Notes: generated by a model from the sequence alone, not told the origin. A DNA stretch of 64,000 nucleotides from Alphaproteobacteria bacterium (GCA_965218275.1 CBDCKM010000002.1:2747438-2811437); one strand, 5' to 3'; positions 37,597 through 49,030 are shown, counted from the first letter of the stretch. A program made the numbers and translations.

Positions 37597-39872
37597 CAGC
37601 TCTCACCGTCCGCCGGCGCGGGACGCTCCGTTGCGGCCGCGGCGAAGACGAGCGTGACGCGGGCACCGCCGGCGGCCCCGTCCTCGAGGACCAGGCTGCC
37701 GCCGTGATCCTCCATGATTCGCCGCACGATGGCGAGGCCGAGGCCGGTGCCGTCCGCGCGGTCGGTGACGTAGGGCTCGGTCAGCCTGTCGCGCAGCGCC
37801 TCGGGCAGGCCCGGCCCGTTGTCCTGGACCTCGACCCGCCAATGCCCGCCCGCTTCGCGCACGCGGATCGCGATACGCCCTGCCGGCCGCGCGTCCGCCG
37901 CCCGGCTCTCGATCGCCTCGACGGCGTTCTTGAGCAGGTTGGTGAGTGCCCGTCCGATCTGGCCGGCGTCGCAGTCGAGATGGACGCCGGCGTCGGGGCG
38001 TTCGATCGCGAAGGCGATCTCGGGGCTCGCGAGCCGTTGCAGGGCCACCGCACGCTCGACCGCGCCGGCCAGATCGACCCGTTCCAGCACCGGCGCCGGC
38101 ATCCGCGCGAAGTCGGAAAACGCGTCGATCATCTGCCGTATGTCGCCGACCTGGCGGACGATGATGTCGGTGCACTCCTCGAACACCTCGGGCGTGGTGC
38201 TGATCTCGTCGGCATATTTGCGCTTGAGGCGCTGGGCGGAGAGCTTGATCGGAGTCAGCGGGTTCTTGATCTCGTGGGCGATGCGTTGCGCGACGTCGGC
38301 CCACGCGGCGCGGCGCTGCGCCGAGACCAGCGCGGTGATGTCGTCGAAGGTGACGACGAAGCCCTCGATCCGGCCGCCGGCGCGCTCGGTGACGATGCGC
38401 ACGAGCAGGGTGCGGCGGCGCTCGCCGCGCACCAGCTCGACATGATCCTCAACCAGCGATTGCGACCGCACCCGCGCCTGGGCCAGCAGCGCGGCCATCT
38501 CCGGGATCGCGTCCTTGAGCGCACGGCCCGCGAGCGCGTCGGCGTCGGCACCGAGCAGCGCGAGCGCGGACGGGTTGGGCAGCGTGATCCGCCCCCCGGC
38601 GTCCAGCCCGATGACTCCGGCGGAGACGCCGGCGAGCACCGCCTCGGTGAAGCGCCGGCGGCCGTCGAGCTGCAGGTTGGCGTCCTGCAGCGCCTGCTGC
38701 TGGCTGTGGATCTGGCCGGTCATCCGGTTGAAGGCGCGGCTGAGCGGGCCGATCTCGTCGTCCTGGGCAGGCTCCGAGACACGCGCGGCGAGTTCGCCGG
38801 CGCTGACTCGTTCGGCGGCGGCGATGAGACCGCCGATCGGCCGGGCGATGCGGTTGGCGAAGTGGAGCCCGAGCCACACCGCCGACAGAAGGACCAGGAG
38901 GGCGACGACGATGAAGATCATCACGAAGGTGATCTGGATGCCGTATCGCTCGTCCTCGAGGCGCCGATAGTCTCGCATCACCGCCTGTATCTGCCGCGTG
39001 TGATTGACCACCTCGCGCTCCAGGGAGCGCGAGACATAGAGATAGGCGTCGACGAAGCCGACCAGCTTGACCAGCGCGCGCACACGGTCGCCCTCGCCCG
39101 GCAGGATCACGAGTCTGCCGTCCGCCGCCCCGTTCATGGCCCACTCGGGCAAGGGTTGGATCTGAGCGACGAATTCCAGATCGTTGTGCGCCAGAACCGC
39201 CCCGTCGCGGCGGAGGACGACGGCTTCGGCGAGCGAGAGCGCGGTGGCGGTCTCGTTCAGTATCCGGGGAAGGAGCGTCGGCCTTTGCGCGAGATTGACG
39301 GCCTCGCCATTGAGCCGCAGCGCCGCGGCCAGGGTGCTGATGCGCATGGTTTCGCCCTGCTCCTCCACATAGGTCTGGGCGACCACCAGCGAGCGGTTGA
39401 GCGCGCTCGAGACCTTCTCGTTGAACCAGGACTGCATTCCGAAGTGGAGGAAGAGCGCCGAAAACACGGCGACCACGATCGTCGGCGTCAGGGCGACGAG
39501 GCTGAAGAGAGTCGCCATGCGCGTGTGCAGACGCGCACCGGCCGCGCCGCGCCGGCGCTCGATCCAGAGCCTCACCAGCCGCGAGGCGACCAGCGCACCG
39601 AGCGAGAGCAGCAGCACGAGGTCGATGTTGAGCAGGATCAGGATGGTCTGCGGGTCGGGGCCGAAGGGCGCCGACCCGCTCATCGCGGCATAGGTGAGCG
39701 CGCCCGAGGCCACGGCGGCCGAGGCGAGCGCGAGCGCGAGCAGGCGGGGCAGCTCGCGCCGCCGCGACCACGCGACGAAATGGCGGCGGAGGGCGCCGCC
39801 CCCAGACCCGCGCGCCGCCCCGCGGGCCGCCCCGCCGGCGGTATCCGTCCCGCTCAACGCCTCGTCAGCCAT
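37596..39872 (-). CDS. ntrY: sensor histidine kinase NtrY
   Basis: Multiple N-terminal TM segments, a HAMP domain, the H-box AHEIKNPLTPIKLSAQRL, and a HATPase region (DNGPGLP..GTGLGLAIV). Confidence 0.9.
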   Translation of the reverse strand: MADEALSGTDTAGGAARGAARGSGGGALRRHFVAWSRRRELPRLLALALASAAVASGALTYAAMSGSAPFGPDPQTILILLNIDLVLLLSLGALVASRLVRLWIERRRGAAGARLHTRMATLFSLVALTPTIVVAVFSALFLHFGMQSWFNEKVSSALNRSLVVAQTYVEEQGETMRISTLAAALRLNGEAVNLAQRPTLLPRILNETATALSLAEAVVLRRDGAVLAHNDLEFVAQIQPLPEWAMNGAADGRLVILPGEGDRVRALVKLVGFVDAYLYVSRSLEREVVNHTRQIQAVMRDYRRLEDERYGIQITFVMIFIVVALLVLLSAVWLGLHFANRIARPIGGLIAAAERVSAGELAARVSEPAQDDEIGPLSRAFNRMTGQIHSQQQALQDANLQLDGRRRFTEAVLAGVSAGVIGLDAGGRITLPNPSALALLGADADALAGRALKDAIPEMAALLAQARVRSQSLVEDHVELVRGERRRTLLVRIVTERAGGRIEGFVVTFDDITALVSAQRRAAWADVAQRIAHEIKNPLTPIKLSAQRLKRKYADEISTTPEVFEECTDIIVRQVGDIRQMIDAFSDFARMPAPVLERVDLAGAVERAVALQRLASPEIAFAIERPDAGVHLDCDAGQIGRALTNLLKNAVEAIESRAADARPAGRIAIRVREAGGHWRVEVQDNGPGLPEALRDRLTEPYVTDRADGTGLGLAIVRRIMEDHGGSLVLEDGAAGGARVTLVFAAAATERPAPADGES

Positions 39873-39917
39873 CGCCGCTCACCGCGCGCACGTGCCGGGC
39901 CCTGGCCCTGTGCGGGC

Positions 39918-40277
39918 TCAGCCGGCGGCCTCGCCGCCGGGCGGTCCGTAGAACACCACCCAGACATAGAGATCGTCGCCGAAATCCTCGAAGACATGAC
40001 GGACGCCGGCGGGCACGAACAGCACGTCGCCGGGTTGGAAGGGATGGCTCACCGGGCCGTTGCGGAAGGTTCCCCGGCCGCTCATCACCACATAGACCTC
40101 GTCCTGGTCGTGGGGCTGCTGCGGGTCCGTGCCGCGCGGTGCGTAGAGGCCGACCCGGAGCGTCCCGCGGGCAATCGGCTGGGCGAAGGGCCTGGCGCCC
40201 GGCGGGAGTTCCGCCAGCGCGGCCACGGCCTGGGCCAGCGTCACATGACCGGGCGCATCCGTCGGCTCGTCGCTCAT
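39918..40277 (-). CDS. cupin domain protein
   Basis: HDQDEVYVVMSGRGTF..GDVLFVPAGVRHVF are the two cupin motifs, 119 aa. Confidence 0.75.
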   Translation of the reverse strand: MSDEPTDAPGHVTLAQAVAALAELPPGARPFAQPIARGTLRVGLYAPRGTDPQQPHDQDEVYVVMSGRGTFRNGPVSHPFQPGDVLFVPAGVRHVFEDFGDDLYVWVVFYGPPGGEAAG

Positions 40278-40328
40278 GCCCTTCTCCTCTCGCTCAACCC
40301 TCTTCGTCCGCGCGGGCGGGCGGGCCGG

Positions 40329-40736
40329 TCAGCCGGCGTCGTCCCAGACCCAGGCGATCTGCTCGGTATCCTCGAACGCCTGCCAGTGGACGATGGCGCC
40401 GCCGGCAATGCGGAAGTACCAGGCCGTCTCCTGATGGAGCAGGCGGCCCGTGTTCTTGGCGGCCGAGGTCTCGTCGATGAGCACCATGACATGCTCGCCC
40501 TCCCCGAACATCAGCTTTACCGTGTGGTCGCGGATGTCGAGCAGCGCCCCGATCGCCTGGAAGCACTGCTTGATCGGCTCCCTTCCCTGCCAGCGGCCCG
40601 CCCAGGCGACCTTGAACGAGCCCGGCAGCACCACCACCGCGTCCTCGTCCAGCAGGTCCATCATGGTCTGGCCGTCGCCGCCCTTGATCGCGGCCAGGAA
40701 CTGCCGCACGACACCCTTGGGTCCGTCGTCTGCCAT
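40329..40736 (-). CDS. SnoaL-like / NTF2-fold protein
   Basis: The size (135 aa) and pattern (VVRQFLAAIKGGD..MDLLDEDAVVVLPG ... IVHWQAFEDT) are typical of SnoaL/ketosteroid-isomerase-like proteins. Confidence 0.65.
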   Translation of the reverse strand: MADDGPKGVVRQFLAAIKGGDGQTMMDLLDEDAVVVLPGSFKVAWAGRWQGREPIKQCFQAIGALLDIRDHTVKLMFGEGEHVMVLIDETSAAKNTGRLLHQETAWYFRIAGGAIVHWQAFEDTEQIAWVWDDAG

Positions 40737-40886
40737 GGTCGTCTGCCTCCCTGTCCCGTGGCGTGGATATCGGCCCCTTCGCCTGCCGCTTCAAGCACCC
40801 GCACATGGGCCTGCCCATATTGCACCCGCGCCCGAGTGCTGTATACACGACCCTCGGTCACCGCCGCAGCGTCGGGAGCCCGCCGC

Positions 40887-41087
40887 ATGGCCAGGATCAC
40901 CGCCGATCTGATCGCCGCCCAGGCCGAGGCGCTGGGTCGGCCGCCGCCGTCGCCGGCGCGTGCCGCGGCCCTGGCCGAGGCAGTGGGCCTGCTGGTGCAG
41001 GCAAGCGACGAGGCGGCGGCGGGACTGAGCTTCGACACCGAGCCCGCCCACTTCCTGACCGCCCTGGACGAGACCGCGGCCGACTGA
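40887..41087 (+). CDS. small AtzG-like (DUF4089-type) protein preceding the amidase
   Basis: A 66-aa ORF (MARITADLIAAQAEALGRPPPS..AEAVGLLVQASDEAAAGLSFDTEPAHFLTALDE). Its stop is 1 nt before the amidase ATG. It forms the last 66 codons of an otherwise spurious 1127-aa ORF. Confidence 0.6.
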   Translation: MARITADLIAAQAEALGRPPPSPARAAALAEAVGLLVQASDEAAAGLSFDTEPAHFLTALDETAAD

Positions 41088-41088
41088 C

Positions 41089-42501
41089 ATGGCCGGCGAT
41101 ATCCACCTGCTGAGTCTGGTCGAGCTCGCAGACGCGATCGCCGCGCGGCAGATCTCCGCCAGGGACGCGGTGAGCGCCGCCGTCGCCCGCGCCGAGCGGC
41201 TCCAGCCGGTGCTCAACTGCTTTATTTCCCTGCAGGCCGAAGCGGCGCTGGAAAGCGCGGCGGCGGCCGACGACGCGCTCGCGCGCGGCGCGGCGCCGGG
41301 GCCGCTGTACGGCGTGCCGCTCGCCCACAAGGACATGTTCTACCGCGCGGGCCACGTCACCACCTGCGGCTCGCGCCTGCGCAGGGACTTCGTGCCGGAC
41401 CACGACAGCAGCGCCCTCGCCCGCCTTCACCGGGCAGGCGCGGTCTATCTCGGCGGGCTCAACATGGCCGAGTTCGCCACCGGCCCGACCGGCCACAACG
41501 AGCATTGGGGCGACTGCCGCAACCCGTGGAACCCGGCGCACATCTCCGGCGGCTCGTCGAGCGGCTCCGGCGCGTCGGTCGCGGCCCGAGTGGTCTTCGG
41601 CGCGCTCGGCTCCGATACCGGCGGCTCGGTGCGCCTGCCGTCCGCCTGCAACGGCGTGGTCGGGCTCAAGCCCACCAACGGCCTCGTCAGCCGCTACGGG
41701 ATCATGCCGCTCTCCCACACGCTGGACACCGTGGGGCCGCTCGTGCGCACGGTGCGCGACGCGGCGCGGCTCACCGGCGTGATCGCCGGGCACGATGCGC
41801 GCGACCCCACCACCAGCCGCCGCCCCGTGCCCGACTACGAGGCGGCGCTGGAGCGGGGCGCCGACGGCCTCAGGATCGGCGTGCCGACCGGCTATTTCTA
41901 CGACATGGCCAGCGCCGAGGTGCGCGCGCTGCTGGAGGAGAGCCTCGACGTGCTGCGCACCGCCGGCGCCGCGCTGGTCGAGGTGCCGGTGCCCGACATC
42001 GAGCGCATCAACCACCTCTCCAACGTCGTCCTCTCCTCGGAAGCGGCGGCGATCCACGAGGCCTGGATTTCCGGCCGGCCGGAGGACTATCAGGCGCAGG
42101 TGCGCAGCCGCTACGAGCCCGGCCTTCACGTGCCGGCGGTGAAGTACATCCAGGCGCTGGCCGCCCGCGCCGGACTGCTGCGGGAATTCGTCGACGGCGC
42201 GCTCGGCAATGTCGACGCCCTGCACACGCCGGCCATCCCCGTCCCCATCCCGACCCGCGCCGAGACCGATGTCGGCGCGGGCGCGGGCATGGCGGAGATG
42301 GTCGCGGGGCTGAGCCGGTGCACCCGCGCCGCCAACTATCTCGGCGTGCCCGGCCTGATCGTCCCCTGCGGCTTCAGTGAGAACGGCCTGCCCGCCGCCT
42401 TCCAGCTCATGGGCCGCCCGTTCTCGGAGGCGACGCTCTTCCGCATCGGCCACGCCTACCAGGCCGCCACCGACTGGCACACGCGGGCGCCACACCTATA
42501 A
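41089..42501 (+). CDS. amidase-signature family amidase (AtzE/GatA-like)
   Basis: AS signature [25 protein letters not shown] and the catalytic Lys region PLAHKDMF. Confidence 0.9.
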   Translation: MAGDIHLLSLVELADAIAARQISARDAVSAAVARAERLQPVLNCFISLQAEAALESAAAADDALARGAAPGPLYGVPLAHKDMFYRAGHVTTCGSRLRRDFVPDHDSSALARLHRAGAVYLGGLNMAEFATGPTGHNEHWGDCRNPWNPAHISGGSSSGSGASVAARVVFGALGSDTGGSVRLPSACNGVVGLKPTNGLVSRYGIMPLSHTLDTVGPLVRTVRDAARLTGVIAGHDARDPTTSRRPVPDYEAALERGADGLRIGVPTGYFYDMASAEVRALLEESLDVLRTAGAALVEVPVPDIERINHLSNVVLSSEAAAIHEAWISGRPEDYQAQVRSRYEPGLHVPAVKYIQALAARAGLLREFVDGALGNVDALHTPAIPVPIPTRAETDVGAGAGMAEMVAGLSRCTRAANYLGVPGLIVPCGFSENGLPAAFQLMGRPFSEATLFRIGHAYQAATDWHTRAPHL

Positions 42502-42558
42502 TCCGGCGCGGGCGCCGCGTGTCGCGCCGCCCCGAAACGGCCACGGAAAGCGGGAGCG

Positions 42559-42954
42559 ATGCCGATGACGCCGCACGGCGCATTCCACTGGAACGAGCTG
42601 ATGACCCGGAGCGTCGACGAGGCCAAGGCGTTCTATGGCGCGACCCTGGGCTGGCAGTACGAGGCGCATCCGATGGCGCAGGGCGGCGGCACCTATACGC
42701 TCTGCAAGGCGGGCGGGACGATGGTCGCCGGCCTGTTCGAGATGAAAGCGGGCGCCGGCTTCGACGGCGTCCCCGACCACTGGTTCGCCTATATCGCGGT
42801 GGACGACATCGACGCCCGCCTCGCACGCGTCGAGGCGGCGGGCGGCGAGATTGCCCGCGCGCCCTTCGATGTGCCCGGCGTGGGCCGCTTCGCCGTCGTC
42901 AAGGACAGCACCGGCGCCTTCATCGGCTGGATCACCCCGGCCGCGCCGGGCTGA
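42559..42954 (+). CDS. VOC/glyoxalase-family protein
   Basis: A 131-aa protein with FHWNELMT..A..FY..LGW and GRFAVVKDSTGA, typical of VOC proteins. Confidence 0.75.
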   Translation: MPMTPHGAFHWNELMTRSVDEAKAFYGATLGWQYEAHPMAQGGGTYTLCKAGGTMVAGLFEMKAGAGFDGVPDHWFAYIAVDDIDARLARVEAAGGEIARAPFDVPGVGRFAVVKDSTGAFIGWITPAAPG

Positions 42955-42974
42955 CGCCCCGGGGGAGGGGCACC

Positions 42975-44174
42975 ATCTACGACGCGATCGTCGTCGGCGC
43001 CCGCTGCGCCGGCGCGCCCACCGCGATGCTGCTGGCCCGCAAGGGCCGCCGCGTGCTGCTGCTCGACCGCGACCGCTTCCCCAGCGACATGGGGCAATCG
43101 ACGCACCTGATCCACCCCCTCGGCGTCGCGCACCTGCGCAACTGGGGCGTGCTGCCCGAGATCGCGACGCGGGCTGCGCCCTTCACCGACTGGCGGGTCG
43201 ACCTGCACGGCATCGTGCTTGAGGGCGCGCCGCCGGCGGTGGACGGGCACAACACCTCTCACGGCCCGCGGCGCCACCTGCTCGACGGCGTGCTCGCCGA
43301 GGCTGCGGTCGCCGCCGGGGCTGAGTTCCGCGACGGCGTGCGTGTCGTGGATCTGGTCGAGCGCGACGGCCGGGTCGCCGGCGTCGTGACCAGGGGCGGG
43401 AACGGCGGGCCGGGCGGCAAGCGGCAGGTCGAGCGCGCCCGCCTCGTCATCGGCGCGGACGGGCCGGGCTCGGTCGTCGCGCGCTCTGCCGGCGCCAGGG
43501 AGTCGCTCGTCGAGCCCATCGAGCAGAGCAACATCTGGAGCTATTGGCGGGGGATCGCGCTCGACCATGTGCGGCTCTATATCCGCGAGCGCGCCGGCGC
43601 CTTCGCCTTCCCCTCCAGCGACGGCACCGTATTGGTCGCCGCCAATCTGATGCACGACGAGTTCGTGCGCGCCCGGCGCGACCGCGCGGCGGCTTTCCAC
43701 GCCAGGCTCGAGGAGGTGGCGCCCGACCTGCGGGCGATGGTGGCAGGGGCCGAGCGGCTGGAGGCGTTTCACGGCGGCTGCACACGCAGCTTCGTGCGCG
43801 CGGCGGCCGGTCCCGGCTGGGCGCTGGTGGGCGATGCGGGGATGAAGAAGGACCCGGTGACCGCGCAGGGCATCTCGACCGCCTTCCGCTGCGCCGAGAT
43901 GCTGGCCGCGGCCGCCGACGACGGCCTGAGCGGCCGGCGCCCGCTCGACGCGGCGCTTGCGGGCTACCACGCGGAGCGCGACCGCTGGCTGCTGCCCTTC
44001 TACCGCTTCACCGCCCAGCTCGCCCGCTTCGCCAAGCCGACCGAGGCGCAGGCGGCGTTCTACCGCGAGACCCAGGCCGACCCGGCCGCCACCGCCCGCC
44101 TCTTCGGCGCCGTCGCGCTCACCGACTCGCCCGACACCGTGCTTCCCCCGGCGACTGCGGCGGACCGGGAATGA
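42975..44174 (+). CDS. FAD-dependent oxidoreductase/monooxygenase with no canonical start codon (5' end assigned to ATC 42975)
   Basis: YDAIVVGARCAGAPTAMLLARKGRRVLLLDR is an N-terminal FAD Rossmann motif, and GDAGMKKDPVTAQG occurs later. No ATG, GTG or TTG lies in frame between the VOC gene region and the Rossmann motif. GGAGG at 42964-42968 is 6 nt before the ATC. Confidence 0.7.
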   Translation: MYDAIVVGARCAGAPTAMLLARKGRRVLLLDRDRFPSDMGQSTHLIHPLGVAHLRNWGVLPEIATRAAPFTDWRVDLHGIVLEGAPPAVDGHNTSHGPRRHLLDGVLAEAAVAAGAEFRDGVRVVDLVERDGRVAGVVTRGGNGGPGGKRQVERARLVIGADGPGSVVARSAGARESLVEPIEQSNIWSYWRGIALDHVRLYIRERAGAFAFPSSDGTVLVAANLMHDEFVRARRDRAAAFHARLEEVAPDLRAMVAGAERLEAFHGGCTRSFVRAAAGPGWALVGDAGMKKDPVTAQGISTAFRCAEMLAAAADDGLSGRRPLDAALAGYHAERDRWLLPFYRFTAQLARFAKPTEAQAAFYRETQADPAATARLFGAVALTDSPDTVLPPATAADRE

Positions 44175-45412
44175 CGCAGCCGGCCGGCCCGGCCGAGCGG
44201 GCGGCAGGGCGGCCCATGCTCGGCGCCGGCGAGTTCGTCCCCCTCATCGCCCTCCTGATGGCGCTCGTCGCGCTCTCGATCGACGCGATGCTGCCCGCCC
44301 TGCCCGCAATCGGGAGCGATCTCGGCGCGGCGCAGCGCAACGACGCGCAACTCGTCGTCACCGCCCTCTTCCTCGGTCTCGGCTTCGGACAGCTTCTCTT
44401 CGGCCCGCTCTCCGACTTCATCGGCCGCAAGCCCGCCATTTGCGCCGGTCTCGCGCTGTTCATGGCCGGCTGCGTCATCTCCATCCTCGCGCCCACCTTC
44501 GAAGCGATGCTCGCCGGGCGCGTGCTCCAGGGCATCGGCGTCGCGGCGCCCCGCATCGTCACGGTGGCGCTGGTCCGGGATCAATATGAGGGCCGCCGGA
44601 TGGCGCGCATCATGTCCTTCGCGATGGCGGTGTTCATCCTCGTCCCCACGCTGGCGCCGGGGCTGGGGCAGGGCATCCTCTACATCGCCGACTGGCGCGC
44701 CATCTTCATCACCCTGTTCGCCACCGCCGCCGTGGCCGGCATCTGGCTCACGCTCCGCCAACCCGAAACCCTGCCGGCCGAGCGACGCATGCGCTTTTCC
44801 CTCCGCGCGCTCGCGCAATCGGCGGCGGAGGTGCTGCGGATACGGAGCTCGCTCGGCTACACCCTGGCCATCGGCTTCGTCTTCGCGCCCTTCGTCGCCT
44901 ATCTGAGCGCGGCCCAGCAGATCTTCCAGGACGCCTATGGTGTGGGCGCGCTTTTCCCCGTCTACTTCGGCGGGCTTGCCCTTGCCTTCGGCGTCAGCGC
45001 CCTCGTGAACGGCCATCTCGTCATGCGCTACGGCATGCGCCGCCTCTCCAGCGTGGCGGCGATCGGCGCCACCCTCGTGTCGCTCGCGTCGTTCGCCGGC
45101 GCCTTCGCCTTCGACGGGCTGCTTCCGCTGTGGATGCTCGTCGTCACCCTCATGCTCGTCTTTGCCGCGATCGGCCTTCTCTACGGCAATCTGAACGCGC
45201 TCGCGATGCAGCCTCTCGGCCATGTCGCAGGCGTGGGCGCGGCGCTCGTCGCCATGCTCTCCACCCTCGTCTCGGTGCCGCTCGGCGGACTGATCGGCTA
45301 CAGCTTCGACGGCACCCTGTATGCGCTGCTGGGCTCCTTCGCGCTCGCCGGCGCGGCCACCTGCGCCGCCATCCGGTGGGCGCGCGGCGCAGAGCCCTCC
45401 GCCCGCGCCTGA
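44171..45412 (+). CDS. MFS transporter, Bcr/CflA drug-resistance subfamily-like
   Basis: The ATG overlaps the upstream stop (ATGA). Motif A-like GPLSDFIGRKP; about 12 hydrophobic segments. Confidence 0.85.
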   Translation: MTQPAGPAERAAGRPMLGAGEFVPLIALLMALVALSIDAMLPALPAIGSDLGAAQRNDAQLVVTALFLGLGFGQLLFGPLSDFIGRKPAICAGLALFMAGCVISILAPTFEAMLAGRVLQGIGVAAPRIVTVALVRDQYEGRRMARIMSFAMAVFILVPTLAPGLGQGILYIADWRAIFITLFATAAVAGIWLTLRQPETLPAERRMRFSLRALAQSAAEVLRIRSSLGYTLAIGFVFAPFVAYLSAAQQIFQDAYGVGALFPVYFGGLALAFGVSALVNGHLVMRYGMRRLSSVAAIGATLVSLASFAGAFAFDGLLPLWMLVVTLMLVFAAIGLLYGNLNALAMQPLGHVAGVGAALVAMLSTLVSVPLGGLIGYSFDGTLYALLGSFALAGAATCAAIRWARGAEPSARA

Positions 45413-45450
45413 TCGCCGGCCGGCCGTAGGTTCGACGCTCGACGCCGCCT

Positions 45451-47136
<1,686 letters not shown>

Positions 47137-47217
47137 GCGCCGCCGCTCCCCCTCCTGCGAACCGCTACATCTTGCAGAATTTTATCCAACTCCAATGGGG
47201 GGCGCCTCTGCTCCGCG

Positions 47218-47895
47218 CTAATCAACGGAAATCCCAATTGGATTCGTCGCAATAGTCTCTAGAGCATACCTTATGTCATGCGCGATGATGATGCCTGTAT
47301 TAGTGTCGTATGTGTATGGTGTTTCATTACCATCCTCGTCACACACATTGTGTCTATCGTATCGATATCCTGACACTACACCAAACACGGTTTGCTCCTC
47401 TTTGGTTCCACGTCGAGCAACCGGCCCACCAGAAAACCCGACGTTGTTGTGCCCATCAAGGAGCATTGGACCATCTTCCAACCCAAGTGCCGACACAACG
47501 GCCTTCTTGACGAGCGGCAAAGGGAAACCTGCGTTGAGGTCTGTCTTTACGTCCATGCCCAGGCCATACGGGAAGCCGAGAAAATAGACATCTTCGGCCA
47601 GCACGAGACCTTTGGTTGTGGTCGTCAGCGGGTGTGACGCGCCGAATAACTCTTGAGGTGCCAGAGCTGTCACATCGACATCTCCTGCACCGTGCCCAAC
47701 TAACCGCACGCGCAATGGCAACCAAACCCTGTTATGGGATATGTCTATAGCCGCGTCATCTTGAATTGATTCAACTACGAGTTTAGCTGTTATCAGATAT
47801 CGTTTTCCCTGAACATCAATTGTGAAACAGGTTCCAGTTTCTCCTTCGTAGTGAATACGGAAAGTTCTTTGCAGTATATTTGCTGTAACACTCAT
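47218..47895 (-). CDS. trypsin-fold (S1/Trypsin_2-like) protein in a low-GC islet; no signal peptide; the predicted catalytic His position is occupied by Leu
   Basis: GTCFTID..RYLITAKLVV (the family consensus is T.AHVV), DVDVTALAP (Asp motif) and NVGFSGGPV (GxSGGP Ser motif). The region is visibly AT-rich compared with its flanks. Confidence 0.7.
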   Translation of the reverse strand: MSVTANILQRTFRIHYEGETGTCFTIDVQGKRYLITAKLVVESIQDDAAIDISHNRVWLPLRVRLVGHGAGDVDVTALAPQELFGASHPLTTTTKGLVLAEDVYFLGFPYGLGMDVKTDLNAGFPLPLVKKAVVSALGLEDGPMLLDGHNNVGFSGGPVARRGTKEEQTVFGVVSGYRYDRHNVCDEDGNETPYTYDTNTGIIIAHDIRYALETIATNPIGISVD

Positions 47896-47964
47896 CGTAG
47901 TGCCTTTTGACAGTCTGTTGAGGTTGTTTAGGCAACATTGAATATGGTTCCCAAATCTTGGGCT

Positions 47965-48996
47965 TTAGTCGAAGTGGGGCATGACCTCACGGGCAAAAAG
48001 CTCGAGCGAGGCCAGCGCGTCGGCGCCGGCGATGCCGGGCATGTGCATCCAGCAGATCATCTCGCTCGGGTTCACCGCCGCCCGGTAGTCGCGAATGCGG
48101 CGCGCCGCAAAATCCGGGTCGCCGATGATGTAGCGGTCCTTGAAGGTCTCGAAGGCGACCGTGCCGGCGTCGTCGATGACGCTGCCGTCGTCGCGCCTGA
48201 GCACCCGGTCGCCGGCGGCGGAGGCGGCGCCGTAGAGCTCGCGGTAGAGGTAGTCGACGGCGGGCGCGGCCTTCGCCTCCGCCTCCGCCATGGTGGGGGC
48301 GACGAACACCTGGCGGATGATCGGCCGCTCCGGGATGCTCCAGCCGGCCTCTGCCGCGGCGGCCTCGTAGGGCCGGTAGTGGGCTTCGAGCTCGGCGAGG
48401 CCGTGGCGCGGCGACATGATCTGGACGGAGCGCCGCGCCGCCGCCCGGCGCAGCGAACCCGGCGCCGAGACTCCGTACCAGATTGGCGGATGCGGGCGCT
48501 GCACCGGCTGCGGCGTCACCTGCCCCTCCGGCACCCGGTAGTAGCGCCCCTCGAAGGAGAAGCGCTCCCCGCTCCAGGCACGAATCATGAGGTCCAATGC
48601 CTCCTCGAAGCGCGGCACCCGCTCCTCGCGCGGCACGCCGTGGGCGGCGAACTCCTGGCTCACATAGCCCGGCGCCACGCCGAAGACGAAGCGCCCGCCC
48701 GAGAGGTTGTCGATCACCGCGACATCCTCGGCGAGCTTGAGCGGCGCGTAGAGCGGCACCAGCAGGACGGCGGTGCCGATCCGCATGCGCTCGGTGACCG
48801 CCGCGGCACCCGCCATCGCCACCACGGGGCTCGGGCAGAAGCCGTCCCGCTGGACATGGTGGGAGCACTGGAAGGCCGAGACGTAGCCGAGCTCCTCGGC
48901 GCGCGGCAGGCAGCGCAGCATGTCCCGATAGGTCTCCTGGCTCGCGATGCCGCTCTCGGGCGGCACCTGGTGGGCGAACAGCAGACCGAACCTCAT
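47965..48996 (-). CDS. LLM-class (luciferase-like) flavin-dependent oxidoreductase
   Basis: MRFGLLF.. N-terminus, plus LSGGRFVFGVAPGY and the PQPVQRPHPPIW block typical of the LLM family. Confidence 0.85.
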   Translation of the reverse strand: MRFGLLFAHQVPPESGIASQETYRDMLRCLPRAEELGYVSAFQCSHHVQRDGFCPSPVVAMAGAAAVTERMRIGTAVLLVPLYAPLKLAEDVAVIDNLSGGRFVFGVAPGYVSQEFAAHGVPREERVPRFEEALDLMIRAWSGERFSFEGRYYRVPEGQVTPQPVQRPHPPIWYGVSAPGSLRRAAARRSVQIMSPRHGLAELEAHYRPYEAAAAEAGWSIPERPIIRQVFVAPTMAEAEAKAAPAVDYLYRELYGAASAAGDRVLRRDDGSVIDDAGTVAFETFKDRYIIGDPDFAARRIRDYRAAVNPSEMICWMHMPGIAGADALASLELFAREVMPHFD

Positions 48997-49030
48997 CGCG
49001 CCGTCCTCGTCGTTTCTGCGGTCTCCGGCG

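Noticed and set aside
37704-40886. First ~1060 codons of the 1127-aa plus-strand ORF
   Set aside because: It is antisense to ntrY, the cupin gene and the SnoaL gene. Only the last 66 codons (40887-41087) look like a real gene, the AtzG-like ORF.
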